Below the pieces are notes generated by a model. It had not been told where the DNA came from. It was given only the letters and a program-made list of their open reading frames with translations, and ran no database searches. A stretch of 64,000 nt of DNA from Candidatus Hadarchaeota archaeon (GTDB lineage: Archaea; CAYQAE01; CAYVLA01). The stretch spans positions 8,929-72,928 of the forward strand of contig CAZUNO010000016.1 in assembly GCA_964621445.1 (NCBI GenBank). The letters are read 5' to 3'. Numbering within the stretch: position 1 is the stretch's first letter; each line of letters opens with the position of its first letter. The position numbers and the translations under genes are program-made. This document shows positions 18,918-28,265 of the stretch, one piece after another.

Positions 18918-19139
18918 TCAATCCCTGACCGCCTGTAGCTGGCGGAGAAGTTCCAGGGTCTGGTTGGCGTCCTCCTCATCCATCTTCTCTATGGCGAATC
19001 CAGCATGCACAATGACGAAGTCCCCCACGGTGCAATTCTCTATTAGGGAGATATCCACCTTGCGCTTGGCCCCTTCAAAGTCAACTACCCCCCTTCTCCC
19101 CTCTATCCTCTCTACTCTGCCCGGTACGGCTAGACACAA
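18918..19139 (-). CDS. hypC: hydrogenase maturation chaperone HypC
   Basis: MCLAVPG...VGDFVIVHAGFAI; TTG start. Confidence 0.96.
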   Translation of the reverse strand: MCLAVPGRVERIEGRRGVVDFEGAKRKVDISLIENCTVGDFVIVHAGFAIEKMDEEDANQTLELLRQLQAVRD

Positions 19140-19278
19140 GCTGTTCGACCTTCTGGTGGTGGAGAGGTAGGGACATAAAAAATACTTTCTTCTAACCCTT
19201 CATGGGTCAATCTGGTGAACTGGCAGGGACCGTCCTCGCAGGATATATTTTAGATCAATTACTCAGCACCTATTCGCG

Positions 19279-21579
19279 ATGCAGCTCCGGGTTCTCGTTC
19301 AGGGAAGGGTACAGGGCGTTGGTTTTCGGCCCTCTGTATATAGGTTCGCCAAATCCCTGGATTTGAGGGGTTATGTCCGAAACCTGGGTAACGGGAACGT
19401 GGAGATCCTGGTTGAGGGCGACCAGGGGACGGTGCGGGAGTTCCTTTCCGGCCTGGAGGGTTCCCTCCCGCCCCTGGCGGAAATCCTGACCATGGAAACC
19501 GAGGTATTGGAGGGAAAACCGCAAGGGGAGTTCCGGATAGAACCCAGCAAGTCCCCCTCGGGAAGCACCTCCAATTCATATGTGCCACAGGACGTGGCGA
19601 CCTGTGACAGGTGCCTGGAGGAGCTCCTGAACCCGGATAACAGAAGGCATGGCTATCCATTCATAACCTGCACCGATTGTGGCCCCAGGTATAGCATATC
19701 CGGTGGCCCGCCCTTCGACAGGGATAGGACATCCATGAGTGATTTCCCAATGTGCGAGCGGTGTCGAGCCGAGTACGAGGACCCCGGGGATAGAAGATAC
19801 CACGCCCAGACCATAGCCTGTAGGGACTGTGGGCCCGGAGTCCGGCTTATCGGTCCCCAGGGAGAGTTGATGGTCGGGAAACCAATTATCGGGGCGGCCA
19901 AGCTCCTGGAAGAGGGGGAGATAGTGGCCGTCAAGGGCCTTGGAGGGAGTCACATCGCCTGCCTTACCACTGATAACTCCGCAGTTCGGAGGCTGAGGGA
20001 GATACTGGGGAGGCCCTTCCAGCCCTTCGCGCTAATGGCTTCATCGATCGAGGATGTGAGGAAATTCTCCTCGGTGAGTGAGAGCGAGGAGGAGATGCTC
20101 CTGAGCTGGCGGCGGCCGATCGTAGTCCTGGACAAACTCGATCCCTTCCCCCTCTCTCCGCTTCTATCTCCCGACCTCAGCAATATCGGGGTCATGCTGC
20201 CCTACACCCCCCTTCACCACCTCCTTCTTTCCCGGGTCGATGACCGGGCCCTGGTAATGACCTCGGCAAATGTTCATGGCGAGCCGATGATTCTAAAGGA
20301 AGGGATGATGAGGGAGAAGGTGGGGGAGATAGGTTACCTGCTCTGGCATGACCGGGAGATAAGGAACAGGGTAGATGACAGCGTGGTCAGGTTCCAGGGC
20401 GAGGACCCGGTTCTGATTAGGAGGAGCAGGGGATATGTACCACACCCGGTTAGTTTGGGGTGGAGCAGCGAGGATTGTATACTTGGGGTCGGTCCTGAAC
20501 TCAACTCCGTGGCCTGCATAGCCAAGAATGGCCTGGCCTACCTGACCCAGCATATCGGTAACACATCAAACTTCGATACCTACGGATATCTGCGGGATGC
20601 GATATCATCGCTAATGAAAAACACCAGCACCCAGGACTTGGATGCCATTGCCCATGACCTTCATCCCCAGTTCCTTTCGACCCGACTTGCCAAGTCCATG
20701 TCCGGAAAATGGGGCTGTCCCACCTACGCCGTACAGCATCACTATGCCCATCTGTACAGCCTGTTGGCAGAACACGGGTTGGAACCCACCACCAACGCGC
20801 TGGGGATAATCTGTGACGGGGTGGGCTATGGTAGCGAGAGGGAGTCGTGGGGAGGCGAGGTGCTGGCGGTTGGCGACGAGGAACTCAGGATGGGTTCGCT
20901 TCAGCCACAACCATTGATCGGGGGAGACCTGGCATCGCTGTATCCGGTCAGGATGGTGGTGGGTATCCTTGCCCGGGAGTACAGGGAGGCGAGGTTAAAG
21001 GCGGTGGTCAAAAAATACTGCCACGAGGGGCTTAGAAAGGGGGAGCAGGAGCTTGACCTCATAATCGAACAGCTCAAAAAGCGATTCAACGTCACCTGGA
21101 CCACCAGCACGGGAAGGGTTCTGGATGTCATATCGGCTCTGCTGGGAATAAGCTATGAGAGGACCTACGAGGGCGAGGGCCCGATGCGACTGGAGGGCGT
21201 TGCCTCGCGTGGGGATCCCAAATCAGTCGACCTGCCCGTGGATGTAAGCAAGAAGGAGGGGAGGTACGTGTTCGACACCATGGCCCTGGTAAGAGGGGTG
21301 GTGGAGGCCCTGGAGGCCCGGCGCCCCAGAAAGGATATCGCCGCTTCCGCCCAGGAATCACTGGCAGAGGGAATCGCGGAGATGGCCAACCTCTGCGCCC
21401 GGGAGATGGAGCCGGATTTCGTGGGCTGCTCTGGAGGTGTGATGTACAACCGGCACATAGTCTCCACCATAGAGAAGAAACTGGACCACCAGCTGGTGAG
21501 GCACACCTACCTACCCCCGGGGGACGGCTGTATCTGCGTGGGCCAGGTAACCGCTGCCTACAGGCAGAGGAGTTTATGA
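19279..21579 (+). CDS. hypF: carbamoyltransferase HypF
   Basis: Acylphosphatase GRVQGVGFRP, two CxxC-x-CxxC zinc fingers, HDLHP, QHHYAH, DG.GYG, PPGDG. Confidence 0.96.
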   Translation: MQLRVLVQGRVQGVGFRPSVYRFAKSLDLRGYVRNLGNGNVEILVEGDQGTVREFLSGLEGSLPPLAEILTMETEVLEGKPQGEFRIEPSKSPSGSTSNSYVPQDVATCDRCLEELLNPDNRRHGYPFITCTDCGPRYSISGGPPFDRDRTSMSDFPMCERCRAEYEDPGDRRYHAQTIACRDCGPGVRLIGPQGELMVGKPIIGAAKLLEEGEIVAVKGLGGSHIACLTTDNSAVRRLREILGRPFQPFALMASSIEDVRKFSSVSESEEEMLLSWRRPIVVLDKLDPFPLSPLLSPDLSNIGVMLPYTPLHHLLLSRVDDRALVMTSANVHGEPMILKEGMMREKVGEIGYLLWHDREIRNRVDDSVVRFQGEDPVLIRRSRGYVPHPVSLGWSSEDCILGVGPELNSVACIAKNGLAYLTQHIGNTSNFDTYGYLRDAISSLMKNTSTQDLDAIAHDLHPQFLSTRLAKSMSGKWGCPTYAVQHHYAHLYSLLAEHGLEPTTNALGIICDGVGYGSERESWGGEVLAVGDEELRMGSLQPQPLIGGDLASLYPVRMVVGILAREYREARLKAVVKKYCHEGLRKGEQELDLIIEQLKKRFNVTWTTSTGRVLDVISALLGISYERTYEGEGPMRLEGVASRGDPKSVDLPVDVSKKEGRYVFDTMALVRGVVEALEARRPRKDIAASAQESLAEGIAEMANLCAREMEPDFVGCSGGVMYNRHIVSTIEKKLDHQLVRHTYLPPGDGCICVGQVTAAYRQRSL

Positions 21580-21583
21580 ACGG

Positions 21584-23494
21584 TCACGGCGATAGATCCT
21601 CGCGTTTATAGTAAATGAGGGTGCCGCCCTCCTCGCCAACCACCAGGTCCGGTATCCCCTCCCTGAACTCGGCCACCGTGGGCCCACATGCGTGGTGGCC
21701 TAGAAAGAGGGGATTCTCCTTGAACTTCAGGACCTGTGGGAACCGGAACAGGGGATCCTCATCATCCCCCACGTTTTTCAGGAATAGAACCGCGGACCCC
21801 GGTAGACCCAGGGACTGGGGAAGTCCCTCCTCCGCATTGGGAACCGAGCCGTGGCGATGGGTTCCCACCAGGAGGTCCATCTCGCCGTCGCCGTCCCAGT
21901 CAACGAGGTTGAGTTTTAACCGGCCTCTTCCTCCGGCCCCCCAGAAGTTAGCATCGATGGGAGAACCGTTCTCCAGCCTGAGCTTACCGCCGTCCTCCAG
22001 GTTATAATCGTCTATCTTACGATAGAGATGGAACTGGTCATCGGTGTCAAGGGTTATGTAGACCATGGTCCCTCCCATTCTTCCTACTGCAGGTTTGACT
22101 CTCCATGTCCCGTGTAGGTCCAGACCATCGCAGTATATGCTATGAGGGGCAGCGAGGGAGGGACGAGTTAAGGTGCCCCGGTTCAGGAAAACGGAATGAT
22201 CGGCAGTTATATCGCTCATCACTATATCCGGCAAGCCATCTCCGTTCCAGTCAACGACCGTGGGGCAGGTATAGCCCCACCGTGCCTCATCCGGGCCCTG
22301 AATGCTGCCTCGGTAACCGGCCTGAACGTGAATCTCGGAGCCCCCTGCCTTGAGGGGAATGCCGTTATCGAAACTGGGGTCGGAGTTTGTCCCTCGGTTC
22401 CTGAAGAAGAGTATCCTGCCCTCCGAGTTCCCACATACTATGTCCAGGTTATGGTCCCCGTCCCAGTCAACCATGTTGGGCACAGGAAGGGACCCTGCAT
22501 AGATGCTGGCATCTAGCTCCAGAACGGGCAGCGGATGGCTAAAAAGGGGCTCACCTGCGTTCGAAAACCGATCCAGGAACCGGTAGTAATACAGACAGCC
22601 CTCGCCGCCCACTATCAGGTCAGACGAAGGACCCGAACCCGGGTAGCTCAGGGGGCATGCTCCAACCGTGGGGTGGCGCATGATGTTTTTCTCCGTATCA
22701 ATTATCGGGACTTTTTGGTGCCGACCGTCGGACCTCGGATAAAGGAATATCTGGCCCAGGTGTGAGCCGGAAACCACGTATTCCCGGCCCAGACCCAAAT
22801 CCAGGGTGGTAAGTCCCTTGATCGAGAATGCCGTATCTCTGGTTGAGGGGGATATCCTGGTGGCCTCTGCCTCCGCGAGCTGGTTGAAGGAGGGAGCCCT
22901 CAATCTGTACAGGGCCGAGTAAGGTATAGAGCCCCTCCAGATACCAGCACCATCAAAGGGCCGGTAATCCGATTCGCGCCAGCTGGCATCCGTGGGTTTG
23001 AGGGACCTCCCATCCTTAACCGATAAATAGACATCAATCTCCCCATCCGGTCCTGGAACCGGGAGAAATCGTTCTACGGGTCCGGTAAGGGCGCGAAGGT
23101 TCACCGTTTCCCCCGTTTTGCCCATCCTCTTCTGCTGGGGATCGTATATGTAGTCGGTAAGGGAGGTTTCCGAGCGAGCGTAGAGATGAATTTCCCCCCC
23201 TGGATGCTCAACTACCTTTATCTCCACATCGCCCTCTCCAAACAACTCCTGGAAGGGGAGCTCGATTTTGCCATCCCTCTCAAATACCGGGACCCCGCGT
23301 CCGGTTTTCTCCTCGTATCTAAATAGAAAAAGTCCTGGATCTGCACCATTGCTGGTTGATAGGAAGATATCCGGGTATCTCCCGCCGGTCAAGCTAGCCA
23401 CCCCCACGGGTTCGGTTATCAATGCCATGGCAATGGGACCCCGCCCATCAGCCGATCCCACAGGAATTTCACAGCCACTGCTCAATGTACTCAT
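21584..23494 (-). CDS. FG-GAP/VCBS repeat protein
   Basis: Repeated VDWDGDHNLDIVCG, VDWNGDGLPDIV and VDWDGDGEMDLLVG. Confidence 0.8.
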   Translation of the reverse strand: MSTLSSGCEIPVGSADGRGPIAMALITEPVGVASLTGGRYPDIFLSTSNGADPGLFLFRYEEKTGRGVPVFERDGKIELPFQELFGEGDVEIKVVEHPGGEIHLYARSETSLTDYIYDPQQKRMGKTGETVNLRALTGPVERFLPVPGPDGEIDVYLSVKDGRSLKPTDASWRESDYRPFDGAGIWRGSIPYSALYRLRAPSFNQLAEAEATRISPSTRDTAFSIKGLTTLDLGLGREYVVSGSHLGQIFLYPRSDGRHQKVPIIDTEKNIMRHPTVGACPLSYPGSGPSSDLIVGGEGCLYYYRFLDRFSNAGEPLFSHPLPVLELDASIYAGSLPVPNMVDWDGDHNLDIVCGNSEGRILFFRNRGTNSDPSFDNGIPLKAGGSEIHVQAGYRGSIQGPDEARWGYTCPTVVDWNGDGLPDIVMSDITADHSVFLNRGTLTRPSLAAPHSIYCDGLDLHGTWRVKPAVGRMGGTMVYITLDTDDQFHLYRKIDDYNLEDGGKLRLENGSPIDANFWGAGGRGRLKLNLVDWDGDGEMDLLVGTHRHGSVPNAEEGLPQSLGLPGSAVLFLKNVGDDEDPLFRFPQVLKFKENPLFLGHHACGPTVAEFREGIPDLVVGEEGGTLIYYKREDLSP

Positions 23495-23606
23495 GTCTAA
23501 CAGCTACCGAATATGGAAAGCCCATAAAGCCCTTGAATATGTCTTCCTTTCATCCGGCAATAGATATAAGCCCGGTCCGGGCCCCGGTTTTGCGTGGTGA
23601 GAGAAC

Positions 23607-24776
23607 TTGGTTCATGGAGAACTGGATCTGTGGTGGGGGGACCCTCACGTTCATAGCAGCGTTTCGAGAAGGTGCTTCAAGTTTGGTTTGGAACCGGAGG
23701 GCTATGATGGGTCACCTGGCGATTGCCACCGTTATGCCCGGGATGAGGCGGGAATGGATTTCTCCGCGGTGACCGATCACGACTGCACGCGAGAGAAGAG
23801 GGAGATGACCCCGCGGGAATGGGAGGAGGTGCGGGAGGCCGCTGAGCAGTACAATGAACCCGGTCAATTCGTGGCCTTCCCGGCATTCGAATATAGCAAT
23901 CGCCGCCAGGGCCACTATCATGTCCTATTCTCCCATCCATGCGTCGTGGGCGGTTGATGAATACCCAACCCCGACCCACCTCTGGTCTGCCCTTGACGTC
24001 CACGATAGAAGGGCTCTGACCATCCCACATCACATAGCCCGGGCCGGCATGCCCAATGACTGGAGCTACTTCAACCCCCACTACGAGGCGGTTGTGGAGA
24101 TATGTTCCGTATGGGGTTGCTACGAGTTTCCGGGAAATCCGTTCGAGTGTGATCCTAACTGGTCATCGAGCGATCCCCGGGGATTTGCCCGGATGGGCCT
24201 GGGGAAGGGCCTAATCTTCGGATTCGTGGGAGGAGGGGATATACATGACGGGCGAGCTGGAGGCCGGGCCTATGACTGGCAGACGGGGGAAATCCCGGAA
24301 CGCTGGAAGCGGGCCGCCAGATACAGGAGAAACCCCGTGGGAGGGGGGTTAGCGGGCGTCTATTCGAACCGGTTGAGCCGAGACGGCCTCATCGAGGGAC
24401 TGCGTAAAAGGAGGTCGATTGCCTGCACTGGAAGCCCCACGGAGGTCAGGATGCGGGTTGATGACCTTTTCATCGGCGACGTCTCCCCGGCCAGCGATGA
24501 TCAGACCCGAAAAAGGGAGATAGAGGTGGAGGCCGCTAGCCACCGCTCACTGAGAGCCTGGAGGTAATCAGGAACGGATATATCCTGTTCCATCTGCCCT
24601 GCAATGGAAAGCGGGAAAGATTAGAATTCACGGATGAACTTCCCCTTGTCGAGGTTGATCCCAGTATTTCCTCGGACTCCGGTAATCTAGTATATTACTA
24701 CGCCCGGGTCACCAGGGAGGATTTTCACATGGCCTGGTCCAGCCCCATCTGGCTGAAGACCGAGGGTCATGGGTGA
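23607..24776 (+). pseudogene. PHP-fold metallohydrolase (DUF3604/CehA-McbA-like) with two frameshifts
   Basis: Segment 1 (from 23607): WGDPHVHS, DFSAVTDHD, AFEYS..GH. Segment 2 (+1 frame): IPHH, EICSVWG, GGGDIH. Segment 3 (24558-24776, original frame): LEVIRNG..YYYARV..MAWSSPIWL. Confidence 0.8.
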
Positions 24777-24816
24777 AAGATTTAAGCCCCGCTAGGGGCT
24801 ATATAGTGGGAGAGAA

Positions 24817-25212
24817 ATGCCTATAGTAAGCCTCAGCGTTCCTGATTCACTCATGCGGGATCTTGAACTGATGACCGATGTGGTGGGTTATTCCTCGAGA
24901 AGCGAGGCGATAAGGGACGCCATCAGGACCTACATATCGGAACAGAGAATGTACAGGCGGGTAAAGGAGGACGTTTTCAATGCCATAATGTTTCTCTACA
25001 AGAACGGGGAGGATGAGAGACAGAAGCTGGAGAGGCTGAGATCAAAGTACTCAAAACTCATAGAGGGAGAGATAACCTTCGCCATCAGCAAGGATAGGAA
25101 GGTATCGGTCCTGCTAACCCGTGGCAAGAGCGACGAGATTCGAATGTTGACCTCGAGGATAAGGGGCATAAAGGGAATGGAACAAACGAGATATATCATG
25201 GCCGAGCAGTAG
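24817..25212 (+). CDS. NikR-like RHH-ACT transcriptional regulator lacking metal-ligand residues
   Basis: IVSLSVP...GYSSRSEAIRDAIR RHH plus ACT-like C-terminal domain; no His or Cys in the protein. Confidence 0.8.
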   Translation: MPIVSLSVPDSLMRDLELMTDVVGYSSRSEAIRDAIRTYISEQRMYRRVKEDVFNAIMFLYKNGEDERQKLERLRSKYSKLIEGEITFAISKDRKVSVLLTRGKSDEIRMLTSRIRGIKGMEQTRYIMAEQ

Positions 25213-25222
25213 GGGACGGAAA

Positions 25223-25945
25223 TTGGTAGGAGACTTTGATGGCAGGGCCATCGTTAGAAGGGATTTCTGGCATTCGGGCATCCGCTATCTATTCCAATGG
25301 AACCTGAGACACCATCGTAGTTTCGACAGCCATCATAGCAGGGATCTTTGGCATGCACTATCAAAGGTGGCCGATGGGAGGGTTCCCCTCAACGTCTTCG
25401 AGAGCCAGATATATGATAGGGCTTCAAGTCTCAGAACTCCAAGCCGGGAATCGGATGAATGGTTCATCGATGACATGGAGGATAGGGGGATTCTGGATGT
25501 AGATGTGGTTCGAGATGATTACGCCTCCATCTGTAGCAGCATATCTCCCCTAAAGAAGGTGAAGGATAAACACCTACAGGTACAGGACTACCTCCTCAAG
25601 AACGATGAAGCGGCCATAGCAATGGAGGTTCCCGTTTGGTCCGGCTTTCTCAGACTAACTGGTCACATTGACCTGATCAGGATCAGGGATGAACGGATAG
25701 AGATAGTTGACTACAAGCCCGAGGGCCGGTTCCTGCGATCGATGCCCCAGGTGGCGGTCTACAGCTATCTTCTGGATTCATGCTATCCGAACCTGCAATT
25801 GGAGAATATGAAGTGCGTGTCTTTCAACGAAAGCGAGGCCTGGATGTATTCCCCGAGCATCCTTCGTCATCTTGCAACCCGCCTTGATGATGGGAACTTG
25901 GTCGAGGGCATTCTTCAGAGATACGACATGATGAGAGGTAGATAG
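25223..25945 (+). CDS. PD-(D/E)XK nuclease family protein
   Basis: H..VQ, EVPVW, TGHIDLI, IVDYKP, QVAVY motifs. Confidence 0.8.
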   Translation: MVGDFDGRAIVRRDFWHSGIRYLFQWNLRHHRSFDSHHSRDLWHALSKVADGRVPLNVFESQIYDRASSLRTPSRESDEWFIDDMEDRGILDVDVVRDDYASICSSISPLKKVKDKHLQVQDYLLKNDEAAIAMEVPVWSGFLRLTGHIDLIRIRDERIEIVDYKPEGRFLRSMPQVAVYSYLLDSCYPNLQLENMKCVSFNESEAWMYSPSILRHLATRLDDGNLVEGILQRYDMMRGR

Positions 25946-26423
25946 GACGACAAACAGGGCCAGGGGCAAAGTTTGGCTTGAGAAGGACGGTAAACCCCTC
26001 ATAGGCAAGGGGAGAGCAAAGCTCCTAGAGTATATTGAGGAGACGGGATCCATTAGGGAAGCCGCCTCTGAGATGGGATTATCTTATAGATATGCCTGGG
26101 AGATGATTTCAAAGATGAACCAGGCCTGTAAATCTAGGGTTGTATCCTCGAAGCGGGGGGGCAGTCAAGGTGGAGGGTCGCAACTGACGGAGGAAGGAAG
26201 ACAACTCCTCAAACTCTACCGGGAGGCCGAGGAGTCGGGCATAAGGCCGGACGGGAGTGCAAGCGGCCTCCTTCATTGCCGGATCTCCGAGAAAAGGTCA
26301 GGGGACGATTTTGTAAAGCTTGCCACCCAGGACGAGGAAGCGGAGATTATCTTCAGGAACACCGGCCTCTTCTCCGAGATGGAGGAGGGAGACGAAATTC
26401 TTATAGCTTTGAAGAGGGAATGA
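25944..26423 (+). CDS. ModE-family molybdate/tungstate-responsive regulator (wHTH plus TOBE-like); start codon anomalous
   Basis: In-frame sequence upstream of ATG 26073 reads KVWLEKDGKPLIGKGRAKLLEYIEETGSIREAA, followed by MGLSYRYAW...RGGSQGGGSQLT. Confidence 0.82.
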   Translation, partial: RTTNRARGKVWLEKDGKPLIGKGRAKLLEYIEETGSIREAASEMGLSYRYAWEMISKMNQACKSRVVSSKRGGSQGGGSQLTEEGRQLLKLYREAEESGIRPDGSASGLLHCRISEKRSGDDFVKLATQDEEAEIIFRNTGLFSEMEEGDEILIALKRE

Positions 26424-26431
26424 GGAGATAG

Positions 26432-27670
26432 ATGGCGGGGGCTCGGGTTATTACATACGCCGTTCTGATGGGCCTAATGGTTACCATCTTTGCTTTGGGG
26501 AGTATTGCAGGAGCGGAGGGGATGATGGCACCGGGATCCAGGATAATCAGTACCCTGTACGTGGGAGACGCAGGTACCAGGTCCTGGAGACACCTGGCCA
26601 TGGACCCCTTCCTTTCGCTGACCCCGATACCAGCCGCGGTGGGGTTATATCCCAAGGAGCAGATAAGGAAGCATGTAAGGCTCTACATTCCCCGGAATTA
26701 CGAGAGCTACCTGGGGGGAGTGGACCTGCTGGTGATGAGCGACTCGGATCGATCGGTCTTCACCTCAAAACAGCAGGTATGGTTCAGGGACGGTGTGATG
26801 GATGGCGGTGGGTCCCTGATTATGGCTGGTGGATTCGAATCTTTCGGAGGAGCGGGGTGGGGCAATACCTGGAAGGGCTCGGCCGTTGAGGATGTTCTAC
26901 CCGTGTGGTGTCTGAACTACCAGGCCTGGGACTTTCACCCCTTTCTGGCCCGGCCGTCCAGGGACCAGATGGACAATCCCTTCGTGACCTCCCTCGACTG
27001 GGAGACCATGCCCCCCTTCAGCGGGATGAATATAGTGACCCCCAAGATAGGTTCGGAGACCCTGCTGGTGGCAAGTGGCCCTGGTTTGGATATTAATCGG
27101 GAGCCGGTCCTGGTTTACCTGGAGGTGGGGAAGGGAGCAAGCCTGGCCCATATGCCGGACTGGACGCCGGCCTGGGGAACTGATATCTACGAAAACTGGG
27201 AGTACTATGGGGATTACCTGATTAACATGGCCTACCTGGTGGCCGGAATACCGGTCCCCCAGCAGCTGAATCTGGTTCATCTGGTGAGAGCTGAGATAGC
27301 CTCCTATTCCTCGATGAGAGGAGTGGCCATCTCTACCCTGGAATTTGCGGACAAATTTGGAGCCAGGATAACACCTCTGGAAAAAAGGCTGGCAAAGGTT
27401 GAGGAGATGAAGATGGAGGCCGATTTGCATTATCTTGAGCAGAGGTACGAAAATGCGTTGGATGCCATGTCAGAAATCGCCAGCGAGTTCCAGGCCATAA
27501 ACCAGGAGGCGATCAGGGTCAAGGACCAGGCCCTTTTCTGGGTGTATGTAGTTGAATACGTCGCCGTGACCGGCGTGGCTCTGATATCCGGACTATCAAT
27601 ATGGGTCCTGATGATCAGGCGTAGCATATACAGGGAGGCTGGCACCACCAGGCTGAAGTTTCAGCATTGA
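26432..27670 (+). CDS. surface protein: class I glutamine-amidotransferase-like domain, helical stalk, C-terminal TM
   Basis: Signal peptide; GGSLIMAGGFESFGG; LPV; PVLV..EVGKG; C-terminal TM and basic tail. Confidence 0.72.
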   Translation: MAGARVITYAVLMGLMVTIFALGSIAGAEGMMAPGSRIISTLYVGDAGTRSWRHLAMDPFLSLTPIPAAVGLYPKEQIRKHVRLYIPRNYESYLGGVDLLVMSDSDRSVFTSKQQVWFRDGVMDGGGSLIMAGGFESFGGAGWGNTWKGSAVEDVLPVWCLNYQAWDFHPFLARPSRDQMDNPFVTSLDWETMPPFSGMNIVTPKIGSETLLVASGPGLDINREPVLVYLEVGKGASLAHMPDWTPAWGTDIYENWEYYGDYLINMAYLVAGIPVPQQLNLVHLVRAEIASYSSMRGVAISTLEFADKFGARITPLEKRLAKVEEMKMEADLHYLEQRYENALDAMSEIASEFQAINQEAIRVKDQALFWVYVVEYVAVTGVALISGLSIWVLMIRRSIYREAGTTRLKFQH

Positions 27671-27672
27671 TG

Positions 27673-28173
27673 CTATTCGCTGCGCTGTTTCTTTATCCCG
27701 GTCTGGAATATGAGCTCGTCGATTCTGTTAGGGTCGCGTACACTTCTTAGAAAGAAATGGTCCTCGCCCGTATCTACCCTCACCGTTCCGACATTGAACA
27801 TCCGCTCTAACCATGACTGTATTATATCGCATCGCTCCAGCTTTTGGAAGGGGATGGAGATGGTGTTCCTTCTCAGTATGCCCACCGTCTTGAAAACCCT
27901 GTACTCCGATATCTTGTACCTGGTCCTATACCTCTTCAGCTCCGCACGGGCCACGATAATTATGGCTATTAATAGACAGAAAAGGACAAGCCACATGTTT
28001 AGGCCATAGCCTAGGAGGGACAGGGAGGGGATTATGGAGAAGAAATCGATCCACAGGATGAACCCTATGATCAGGATCAGGATGGCGCCTATATAGCTAC
28101 CCAGATAGAGAATCCTGGAAGGCTTGAATTTGAGGAGAATCTCCTCGCTCTCCGTTTCTTGGTTCCGTGACAC
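27673..28173 (-). CDS. bacterial-type PH domain (bPH_2) membrane protein
   Basis: Two TMs, then TRYKIS..RV...GIL......I....Q...ERMFNVGTVRV. Confidence 0.82.
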   Translation of the reverse strand: MSRNQETESEEILLKFKPSRILYLGSYIGAILILIIGFILWIDFFSIIPSLSLLGYGLNMWLVLFCLLIAIIIVARAELKRYRTRYKISEYRVFKTVGILRRNTISIPFQKLERCDIIQSWLERMFNVGTVRVDTGEDHFFLRSVRDPNRIDELIFQTGIKKQRSE

Positions 28174-28265
28174 GTTGTTACCCCCTACATCTAGACACCG
28201 TGGCTTTCATAAATGGGATCGAGCCGTAAACCCAGGTCTTTGCAAAACACGCGGCCGGGGCCTGG

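Noticed and set aside
16795-21579. hypCDE/hypF without hydrogenase structural genes
   Set aside because: Dispersed hyp genes are normal in archaea.
23955-23960. TGA TGA in the PHP gene as possible selenocysteine readthrough
   Set aside because: Homology continues in a different frame, so this is a frameshift and not readthrough.
25223-25945. Cas4 / CRISPR association of the nuclease
   Set aside because: No four-Cys Fe-S pattern, no cas genes, and no repeat-spacer array seen in the window.
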